Shown: piece after piece, positions 31,120 to 39,423 of the stretch | Numbering within the stretch: position 1 is the first letter of the stretch | How the letters are laid out: each line of letters opens with the position of its first letter | Assembly (NCBI GenBank): GCA_963790475.1 | Contig: CAWBOS010000010.1 | Location: 320,001 to 384,000, forward strand | DNA: 64,000 nucleotides | Origin: an uncultured delta proteobacterium | Lineage (GTDB): Bacteria; Desulfobacterota; RBG-13-43-22 | Direction of reading: 5' to 3' | Position numbers and translations under genes: made by a program | The notes under the pieces: generated by a model | The model's database searches: none | The model's input: the letters and a program-made list of their open reading frames with translations, nothing else | Told to the model about the DNA's origin: nothing

Positions 31120-33279
31120 GTGCGCCTGGCATGATGCACTGGCCGACCTTCCAGGAATGAACCTGGAAGTAAAACATCCACCGTTACCGGACGGAAGGAT
31201 AACGCCAACAAGGCAAGGGCATTCTCAGAAATGAGGAGTCCGGAGGAAGCATGAGGCAGAATCTGTGTACGTAGCGAACAGCGAACCGACTATATGGCCG
31301 TGGGGAGGAGGTCGAGTTGACGTGACTAAACGAGACCGGATATCCGGTGAACCGAACCGCTGTGAAGTTGGACGGGATACAGGGAGGTTGGTGCATCTTA
31401 CCCAGGGAAGCCCTCCTGCACTGGAACCTAATTGGCGTCAAGGATTTCATAAAACCGAACCGCGAAGGCGAACCCGAAGCGGGGTAGGGTGCAAAGGGTG
31501 GCAGATTCACGGGTAGTACTGAGGACTCAGGGCCGATGAAGCCTGGTAACAGAGCGAAGGATAAAACCCTGACGACCGGGAGAAGGAAAAGAAGGGAAGG
31601 AATCCGATAGAGAACCCACCGCTGGCGATGGTAAACAAACAACTTAAGGACCTATCCTGAAGCCTGGGCAGCCCAAAGATCGTCCTTGGGATGCGGGAAG
31701 CCGTGGACGAGAGGCGATGGAGACGACATTAGAGAGCCGACTTAGAGTTACGATGGTACAAGAAGGGACCAGAAAACCGAAGGGGGATGAACGAAACCCG
31801 CAAGAGGGTACCGGACGGGAAGAGACTTGGACGGTCAACAGGCATCCGGTCCCCAGCCCAAAGGGCTGCTCGTAACCCGGCAATCTTTAATGGAAGAGCA
31901 AGTCACGGAGGAAGTTGGAAGTGAAGGTTAGGGAAGCACTGGAAAGGGTCTACGAACCGAGACGACTGCGGGAGGCATGGCACCAGATTAAACGAAACGC
32001 CGGAGCAGCGGGAATAGACCGGATGACGGTAGAGGAGTTCGAAAAGCGAGAAAGAGAGCTTTTGCAGCTCATCGGCGAGAAGCTGAAAGCGGGCACCTAC
32101 CGTTTCAAACCTGCCAGAAGAGTTCTGATTCCCAAGGAAGGCAGTAATAAGATGCGTCCCCTTGGGATACCGGTGGTCATGGATCGAATAATCAGCCAGA
32201 GTATCAATTTGGTATTTGAGGGGTTGTTCGACCCGGCTTTTACGAAGTCCAATTTTGGATTTCGTCGAGGCCACAGCCAGCATCAGGCGATTAGACATGT
32301 TCAGGGGATAGTGGAAGATGGATATGAATGGGCGGCATCGATAGACTTGAAGAGTTTCTTTGATGAAATCCCGCATGAACTGATATTAACACTTATACGG
32401 CGGAAGATAGCCGATGAGAGGCTGGTAACGCTGATTGCAAGAGCGTTAAGGGCCGGTATCGTTATTGATGGAGAATATCAGGAAACACCCAAGGGATGTC
32501 CACAAGGATCTCCGCTCTCCCCGATGCTATCGAACATTGTTTTGAATGAACTGGACTGGGAATTGGAAAAGAGAGGGCACCGGTACGGTCGATGGGCTGA
32601 TGACTTCCTGATTTTACTTAAATCAGAAAGAGCGGCTGAACGGATCATGGAGGGAATAACGGCGTACCTGGAAGGGAAGCTGAGACTTCCGGTTAACCGG
32701 AAAAAGAGCCAAGTAGCTCCGATTAAAGACATTCCTTTCCTGGGGTTTCAAATACTCAGGGGGAAAATCCGAGTCAGCGACAAGGCCCGGGTTAAATTTA
32801 AGAATAGGATACGAGAACTAACCCGGAGAAACAATCCCTTATCTATGAACCAGGTGATCCAGGAACTCAATGAATACTTACGAGGGTGGATAGCCTACTT
32901 TCGGGTCCAAGAGTTTAGCAAACCATTAGTGGAACTCGATGGCTGGATTCGGAGTCGGCTCAGATCCATGCAACTAAAGAAATGGAAAAACCCCCGCAAA
33001 TTTCAAAGGATGCTAAACCGGTCCGACTATACAGGCCGGGAAACGAACCGAGTCTGGGTCAAGATGAACAAATGGCAATCGGTCAATCGACGGGAGGTTC
33101 GTTGTGTTATGAATCTCCAATGGTTCAGAAGGCAAAGGTTGACCTTTCTAGGTGACTTCATCCAGAGGCAACTACCTCTTGAACTGAAATTCAGTCGCTA
33201 ATCGAAGAGCGGCTTACCTGGCCGGTACGAGCCGTTCTGTTGGGAGGGGGTAGGCCTTCTCGGCTACCTCCTACCAGAT
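31120..33279 (+). mobile_element. Group II intron (IIC-like 5' end, no endonuclease domain)
   Basis: 5' GTGCGCCTGGCATG. Domain V AGAGCGGCT-TACC-TGGCC-GGTA-CG-AGCCGTTCT at ~33206-33238. DVI GGGAGGGGGTAG...CTACCTCCTACCAGAT gives the 3' end. RT ORF inside. Confidence 0.92.
31915..33201 (+). CDS. ltrA: Group II intron reverse transcriptase/maturase
   Basis: GAAGIDRMT, RPLGIP..DR, SNFGFR, IDLKSFFD, GCPQGSPLSP, WADD, FLGF, LRGWIAYF (X domain). No HNH. Confidence 0.95.
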   Translation: MEVKVREALERVYEPRRLREAWHQIKRNAGAAGIDRMTVEEFEKRERELLQLIGEKLKAGTYRFKPARRVLIPKEGSNKMRPLGIPVVMDRIISQSINLVFEGLFDPAFTKSNFGFRRGHSQHQAIRHVQGIVEDGYEWAASIDLKSFFDEIPHELILTLIRRKIADERLVTLIARALRAGIVIDGEYQETPKGCPQGSPLSPMLSNIVLNELDWELEKRGHRYGRWADDFLILLKSERAAERIMEGITAYLEGKLRLPVNRKKSQVAPIKDIPFLGFQILRGKIRVSDKARVKFKNRIRELTRRNNPLSMNQVIQELNEYLRGWIAYFRVQEFSKPLVELDGWIRSRLRSMQLKKWKNPRKFQRMLNRSDYTGRETNRVWVKMNKWQSVNRREVRCVMNLQWFRRQRLTFLGDFIQRQLPLELKFSR

Positions 33280-33390
33280 TCTTAATTTTTGGGACTGGCA
33301 AATTAAAACATTAGTAGGTGTACTCGCAGATTTTCGATAGGAACACATTTTGAAATATCCGTGAGGGAGGATTTTGTTTAGTTGATTTAG

Positions 33391-34067
33391 AAACCCCCGC
33401 CCTAAGGGCGGGGTCATGTGGACTGGCTATGCCGGTCCCGAATGGGCTTGGCTGAAAGCCCACCCACTGCTATTTTTTCCATCGAGTTGTTGCCGCAACA
33501 TCGAAAGAAAGGAGATAGCAGTGAGTAGATTCCGAAAATTATCACATACCATATGGCATTGTCAGTATCATATTGTCTGGGTTCCGAAATATCGCTATCA
33601 GATATTGGCTGGGAACATCGGGGAAACGATGGCCAGCGGGATCCAAGCGATTTGCGGGTATGCGGGTTGTGAAGTTAACGAGTTGAATGTTCAAAAGGAT
33701 CATATTCATCTGGTAGCCATGGTTCCGCCCGAAGTATCGATATCGGACTTGATGGGGCGGGTCAAGGGTCAGACATCGATGAAAATGTTTAACCAGTATC
33801 GGCAGTTGCGGAAGAAGCCGTATTGGGGTAATCATTTTTGGACCCCGGGGTATTGTGTGGATACCGTTGGAATGGATGAGGAACTGATCCGGAAGTATGT
33901 CCGGTATCAAGAGGAAAAAGAAAAACAGTTCGAACAATTGCACTTGAATTTGTAGATCATCCATAACGCGGCACAACTCGGAAGCCCTGCCTCCTCAGGG
34001 GGCAGGGCCATTGCCCCCCTATGGGGGGCCCAGTTAAAGCCACGCCCTATGGGCGTGGATTATTTAC
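33391..34067 (+). mobile_element. IS200-type element (second type)
   Basis: TTAG|AAAC + left hairpin CCCCGCCC-TAA-GGGCGGGG. Right end AAAG + CCACGCCC-TAT-GGGCGTGG + ATTATTTAC. Left boundary could alternatively be 33382. Confidence 0.85.
33521..33955 (+). CDS. tnpA: IS200/IS605 Y1 transposase TnpA
   Basis: GTG start after aaggag. SHTIWHCQYHIVWVPKYR, DHIH, HFWTPGY, YVRYQ. Confidence 0.93.
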   Translation: MSRFRKLSHTIWHCQYHIVWVPKYRYQILAGNIGETMASGIQAICGYAGCEVNELNVQKDHIHLVAMVPPEVSISDLMGRVKGQTSMKMFNQYRQLRKKPYWGNHFWTPGYCVDTVGMDEELIRKYVRYQEEKEKQFEQLHLNL

Positions 34068-34231
34068 TCCTTCCTGAAAGTTTCGCATGATAAGTTCCAC
34101 AAAAAAACACCTATTCCCCGATGGAGCTTCATATGACCCTGACCTAAATCATAAGTCCAACCCCCGCCTCATCATAATTTTTAGTTGCAAATTTTTCTCT
34201 TTAAAGCGATGATTATTGCTTGGAGAGTCCA

Positions 34232-35092
34232 ATGGCTATTTTAATCGACAGAAGAAACCATCCAAGATACCCGATTAACCTTCCTGTTTTTATCTTCTAC
34301 GCAGAAAAGAGGGCTGTGGCCCACACTCTGGATGTGGGACTGGGAGGAATGAAAATATATACTGACAAGGTTTTCCCTTCCCGACGAGGTTTTTTATTTC
34401 ATTTAGTTCTGCAACGAAAAACCATTTGGGTTACGGGACGATTCATTTTCAAACAAACCCAGCCCGAATTGGTGAATTTCTCCTGTATTAAGTTTGAAGA
34501 TATTACGAAAGAATGCTTTCTTGATCTGAAGGAATTTCTCTCGCACTCGCAAAATTTATTGAAGAAAGAGTCCCTTGATATGGAGGTTCGAATCAGGGAA
34601 AAGGAGACTGCATTGGCGAAAGCCAATGAATTGCTGAAGGTTGAAACTGAAAGAAGGAAGAGAGAGGAGCAGGTTATCAAGGAGGTGGGGGAGCGACTTG
34701 GGTATTTATTATCGCTATTTTCGGATGATCGAGAAAAAAGAATAAGAATGACCGTCCGAGGGCTTGATGACCGTATTGAGGCCTTGCTATTGGCGATCAC
34801 TAATGGGCTTAAAAATCTTTACCTCCTTTTGAAGGAGGGGAATGTTGCTGGCCAGATCTCTTTTGAGCAGATCATTTTCAGCATTCAAAACAATTATAAA
34901 GAGATCCGGAGGGTTCTGGAGAACTTAGGGCCATCCATTTTGGATGAGCTCGGAATATTGGGAACTATTGGCTTGCAATGCCAGGAGCTTCAGAATATTT
35001 ATTATGGAATCCAGAACGAAAAGGAAGAGGATGTCCTGGAAGATACCGGGTCCGGGAAAATTCTATATATACAAGGCCGAAAAGCCACATGA
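34232..35092 (+). CDS. PilZ domain protein with coiled coil and degenerate NarX-type kinase remnant
   Basis: RRNHPRYP (RxxxR) and DVGLGG. ERRKREE coiled coil. EIRRVLENLGPSILDELGI is HisKA_3-like. No His box and no ATPase domain. Confidence 0.7.
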   Translation: MAILIDRRNHPRYPINLPVFIFYAEKRAVAHTLDVGLGGMKIYTDKVFPSRRGFLFHLVLQRKTIWVTGRFIFKQTQPELVNFSCIKFEDITKECFLDLKEFLSHSQNLLKKESLDMEVRIREKETALAKANELLKVETERRKREEQVIKEVGERLGYLLSLFSDDREKRIRMTVRGLDDRIEALLLAITNGLKNLYLLLKEGNVAGQISFEQIIFSIQNNYKEIRRVLENLGPSILDELGILGTIGLQCQELQNIYYGIQNEKEEDVLEDTGSGKILYIQGRKAT

Positions 35093-35188
35093 CTACTTTC
35101 TGAACGCCTAAAGCCTCATCTTTTTAAATAATAAAAGACTTTAAGTGGTAGTCAACGCAAGTGGTTTAATTTTCATAATTTCTTTTAG

Positions 35189-35811
35189 GTAAACCCCCGG
35201 CTCGGCCGGGGGACTCCCAGAGTTTGACAATTCCGGGAGAATAAGAAAGCCTCCAACCTGTGAACCGCTCAAGTTTACAGAGGAGGAGGCTTTCCATGAA
35301 AAAGGAACAAAGTTTAACCCATACGAAGTGGGAATGCAAATACCATATTGTCTGGATACCGAAGTATCGGAAGAAAAAATTATACGGGCAAGTACGAAAA
35401 TATTTAGGGGCGCTATTCAAGGACTTGGCCATCCAGCGTGAATGTACGATTATCGAAGGGCATTTACAACCGGACCATGTCCACATTTTAATCTCGATAC
35501 CTCCGAAATATGCTGTTTCGCAAGTAGTTGGGTATCTCAAAGGCAAAAGCGCCATTCAAGTAGCCCGAGCCTATTTGGGGCGAAGAAAGAATTTCAGTGG
35601 CCAGAATTTTTGGGCTCGGGGTTATTTTGTTTCAACCGTGGGCAAAGACGAAGATGAAACACGGTTATATATAAAGACTCAAGAAAAGGAAGATCAACGT
35701 CTCGATCAACTCCTTTTGTTCGATGAAGAACCACCTTCAGGTGGTCAATAAATAATCCGCTTTGAGCGGTTCACAATTTCAAGCCTCCGGCTTTGCCGGA
35801 GGTCTGGTGAC
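35189..35811 (+). mobile_element. IS200-type element (intact relative of 30483-31119)
   Basis: TTAG|GTAAAC + left hairpin. The right end TTTCAAGCCTCCGGCTTTGCCGGAGGTCTGGTGAC is identical to that of the first copy. Confidence 0.92.
35296..35751 (+). CDS. tnpA: IS200/IS605 Y1 transposase TnpA
   Basis: THTKWECKYHIVWIPKYR, DHVH, FWARGYF, YIKTQ. Confidence 0.93.
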   Translation: MKKEQSLTHTKWECKYHIVWIPKYRKKKLYGQVRKYLGALFKDLAIQRECTIIEGHLQPDHVHILISIPPKYAVSQVVGYLKGKSAIQVARAYLGRRKNFSGQNFWARGYFVSTVGKDEDETRLYIKTQEKEDQRLDQLLLFDEEPPSGGQ

Positions 35812-35999
35812 TTTTTACCAATCAAACGGTATGAATTTTATAGGAAACTAATAAATATAGGACGCAATAAAATTTAACTAGGCGGGATTTTGGGTGAGCC
35901 TGATAACCTCTCGGCTATCTAAATCTCCCAGCACTAATCCGAACCAAAGTTTGGCTATCATATTTTTTTAAGAGGAACTGATCTATTTAGGAGGACGTT

Positions 36000-37439
36000 A
36001 TGGAAAAACACGACGAAGGGATGGAGAAGCTTTTAACTATTGAAAAAACCATAACCGGAATGATTGAGTTACACAGTCTGGTTGTTGAATTGAAGGAATT
36101 GGAATCTCAGCAACAGAGGATCATTGAAGACCTTCAGAGGAATGTTAACAAATACAGGACCTTTCTCCAAAATATTCCTATAAGACTCTTTATCAAGAAT
36201 ATGGATCTATCCTATATATACTGCAATCAGATTTATGCGGATGACCTAAAAAAACAACCCGAAGAAATTGCCGGAAACACGGATCGGGACTTCTTCCCGT
36301 CCGATGTGGCTGTAAAATTCATAGGAGACGACAAAAGGGTTCTCGAATCCGGTGAGATTAAAAATATCGAAGACAAATATCTCATAGGGGGTCAGGAGTC
36401 TATCGTTCATATGGTCAAATCTCCTCTCCGGGATGAAAACGGGAACATTGTTGGCTTGATGGGCATATTCTGGGATATCACAGAAGAGAAACACAAAGAA
36501 GAAGAAGCCATGAAATCCCATGCTCTTCTCGAAGGTCTTTTATCCAACCGAACAGATGAACTGGAAAAAACAACCCAGCGACTTCAATTGGAAAATTCAG
36601 AACGCCAACAAGTGGAGGAGAGGCTCAGACAAACGGATGAAATCCGTCAGACCATTTTTGAAGGGACGGGTGCAGCCCTCGCCGTCCTCAGTGAAGAGGA
36701 CATGATCATACTGCAGGCCAACAATAAACTTGAGGAAGTCCTGGGAATCTATCGGGAAGAGATGGAAAACAAGAAATCCCTGTGGGAATTCATCGCCGAT
36801 GGTGATTTAGAAAGAATAAAGGAGCAGTGTCTGATCGTCAGATCGGGTTCGGATGCCAATCCCGGGGGCAGGGAATATCGGTTCGTTGACCAGCAAGGGA
36901 ATGGGAAAGTCATCTTTGTGACCATGGCCCTGATTCCGGGTACCAGGAGAATTACGGCCTCTTTTCTCGATGTCACTGAACGCAACCATATGCAGAAGGC
37001 CCTCCAGCGGTCGGAAGAAAAACATCGATGGTTGGTCGAAAAGGCCCCTGTGGCCATCGGCGTGATTCAGAAGGGTGTATTTAAATTTATCAACCTCAAG
37101 GTCATTGAGATATTCGGATATTCACAAGAGGAGCTCGCTTCACGGCCAGTGTTGGAATTCATTCATACCGATGACAGGGGGATGGACAAACTCCTGTTCA
37201 AAGAATCAAACGATGGGGAACTTCCTCACCTCTTTTTCTTCAAGATCGTCCACAAGGATGGAACTATCCGATGGGTTGAGGATAGGGTGGACTTGATTCA
37301 TTGGGAAGGAAGCCCAGCGACCATAAATTTTTTCACTGATATCACTTTACGAAAGCAGGCCGAGGACGAATTGCTAAGTTCCATCCAGCCCTTTCGCGCC
37401 CTGATTGAAAAGGCACAAAGGGTCATGACTACTGAGTAA
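36000..37439 (+). CDS. Stand-alone multi-PAS sensor protein (3 PAS/PAC, no output domain)
   Basis: PAC ends WDITEEK, LDVTERN and TDITLRK. The ORF ends ~25 aa after the last PAC. Confidence 0.85.
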   Translation: MEKHDEGMEKLLTIEKTITGMIELHSLVVELKELESQQQRIIEDLQRNVNKYRTFLQNIPIRLFIKNMDLSYIYCNQIYADDLKKQPEEIAGNTDRDFFPSDVAVKFIGDDKRVLESGEIKNIEDKYLIGGQESIVHMVKSPLRDENGNIVGLMGIFWDITEEKHKEEEAMKSHALLEGLLSNRTDELEKTTQRLQLENSERQQVEERLRQTDEIRQTIFEGTGAALAVLSEEDMIILQANNKLEEVLGIYREEMENKKSLWEFIADGDLERIKEQCLIVRSGSDANPGGREYRFVDQQGNGKVIFVTMALIPGTRRITASFLDVTERNHMQKALQRSEEKHRWLVEKAPVAIGVIQKGVFKFINLKVIEIFGYSQEELASRPVLEFIHTDDRGMDKLLFKESNDGELPHLFFFKIVHKDGTIRWVEDRVDLIHWEGSPATINFFTDITLRKQAEDELLSSIQPFRALIEKAQRVMTTE

Positions 37440-37895
37440 TACCTTGGGCTTTTTTATCAGTTTGTCCGCTTAAGTGCCCTACCTCTATAAATTGATGGAA
37501 AAATCGTGCACATTAATTGGGTAGGCCAACCATTTCTTCCATCTTCTATGCCTAATCATTAATTTTCAGGACTCCCTTTTTGCATGAATTGCAGGTGAAG
37601 TCGCAAAAAGGGTTATCTTGACAAGGGACATTGTGGGATTGGGGTCACCCGTTAGAAGGCCACCTTGCAAGAGAAAAAAGTTTTCCGTATGCAAGAAAGA
37701 ACAATTTTCTTGTAGTGCAGGGACGTGTTAGAACTGCCTTCCGGTTTCCCACGTCTTCACCCTTGCTTAAATTTCAAATCTTCATTCCCTTCCTGCATCA
37801 AGTGTGATATAATCTGTGGCAAGATTCAGGTGATAAGGCTCGTAAAACATTCGCTCCTGGAAAAAATTATATTATTGTGAAAATTCGGAGGTAAC

Positions 37896-39395
37896 ATGTC
37901 AAAAGATCCATCTTTAAATTTAAACGAATTATTCTACCCTAAAAGCCTGGCCGTGGTGGGGGCTTCTCCCAAAAGAGGGTACCTGAACCGATGGGGCGGG
38001 AACACCTTTATTGAAGGAGCGATCAATCTCAACTTTCAGGGGAACATCTATCCGGTCCACCCCAAAGCGGAAACCATCCTTGGTATCAAGGCTTATAAAA
38101 GTGTCCGGGATATCCCGGGTGAGATCGATCTCGTGATATTCAGTATTCCCTTCTCGGCCGTGCTGCCGGTTATGGAAGACTGCGTGGCCAAAAAAGTCAA
38201 GTTCGTGCATCTTTTTACGGCCGGGTTCAGCGAGACCGGTCGGCCGGAGCTGGCGGAAATTGAAAGGAAATTGATCGCCCTGGCCAAGGAAGGCGGGATC
38301 AGGATAATCGGACCTAACTGCATGGGTCTTTATTGCCCCGAGGGGGGACTGGCCTGGACCAGCGAATTCCCAAGAACACCCGGATCCATTGGCTTTGTTT
38401 CTCAGAGCGGACAGTTGGCCGGGCATTTTGTTCAGGAAGGCGGGGACCAGCGCCTGCGTTTCAGTAAAGTAGTCAGTTTCGGGAATGCTGCCGATCTCAA
38501 AGCCCATGATTTTCTGGAATATCTGGCTGATGATGATAAGACCGATATCATCGGGGCCTATATCGAGGGCCTGAAAGACGGGCGTGCTTTTTTCGAAGTG
38601 GCCGGGAAAATAACCCGAAAAAAACCAATGGTAGTCTGGAAAGGCGGTCAGACCGAAGGCGGCGCCAGGGCCACCCAGTCCCACACCGGCTCCCTGGCCG
38701 GATCCATGCAAATTTGGAAGGCCCTCTGCCGGCAGACGGGTATCATCTCCGTCAATTCGTTGGAGGAGCTTATCGCCACGATCGGGGCGATACAGAGACT
38801 GCCCCTGCCCACCGGCTTGAACGTCGCCATCCTGGGCGGGGCTGGCGGCGGCTCGGTGACCATGACCGATTTGGCTGAAAAAGAAGGATTAAAGGTCCCC
38901 CACCTGACCGATAAGACCATTAGTGCCCTTGAGGAGTTCGTACCGGTTCAGGGAAACAGTGCCAAAAATCCTCTCGATATTTTGGGGGCCCTGCTTGGTG
39001 GAGGAGCAAAGGTATTTGGAAGGCTATTTGAACTTCTGCGGGATGATCCCAATATCGACGCCCTCATCTTCTCTCAAAATATCGATATGTTTTTCAGAAG
39101 ACTCGACCGTTCCTTCCTTGATGATTTTATTAGAATGACGGTTACCGGCATGACCCAATTGGGAAAACCCCTTTATCTCGTCCTGGGAAAATCCCGGTCC
39201 CTGGAAGGAGAAGCTTTGCGCCAGGATGTGGAAACAAGGTATCACCATTATAAAATGGCGACCTTTTCCTCTTTTACCTTGGCCGCCCGCGTATACCATA
39301 ACATGAAAATTTACAAGGATTTTCTTTCTTCCCATAACATTCCCATTCCCGAGTTTCCTCTCAAACCGGACCTCTGGGTTGACCTGCCCGAATAA
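37896..39395 (+). CDS. Acyl-CoA synthetase (NDP-forming), alpha/CoA-binding subunit
   Basis: LAVVGAS, GPNCMG, SQSG, FGNAAD, SHTGSL, NPLD. Confidence 0.9.
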   Translation: MSKDPSLNLNELFYPKSLAVVGASPKRGYLNRWGGNTFIEGAINLNFQGNIYPVHPKAETILGIKAYKSVRDIPGEIDLVIFSIPFSAVLPVMEDCVAKKVKFVHLFTAGFSETGRPELAEIERKLIALAKEGGIRIIGPNCMGLYCPEGGLAWTSEFPRTPGSIGFVSQSGQLAGHFVQEGGDQRLRFSKVVSFGNAADLKAHDFLEYLADDDKTDIIGAYIEGLKDGRAFFEVAGKITRKKPMVVWKGGQTEGGARATQSHTGSLAGSMQIWKALCRQTGIISVNSLEELIATIGAIQRLPLPTGLNVAILGGAGGGSVTMTDLAEKEGLKVPHLTDKTISALEEFVPVQGNSAKNPLDILGALLGGGAKVFGRLFELLRDDPNIDALIFSQNIDMFFRRLDRSFLDDFIRMTVTGMTQLGKPLYLVLGKSRSLEGEALRQDVETRYHHYKMATFSSFTLAARVYHNMKIYKDFLSSHNIPIPEFPLKPDLWVDLPE

Positions 39396-39423
39396 ATTTA
39401 GGAAAAAAGGCCTGTTATTGATC

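Noticed and set aside
31184-31883. ORFs within the intron 5' region
   Set aside because: They overlap ribozyme domains I-III and have no recognisable protein features.
31915-33201. RT as retron, DGR or CRISPR-associated RT
   Set aside because: Clear group II intron boundaries, DV/DVI and an X domain are present; no TR/VR repeats or cas genes.
30483-35811. TnpB/IscB or IStron associated with the IS200 elements
   Set aside because: There is no RuvC ORF inside any element, and the intron is group II and lies outside the IS end.
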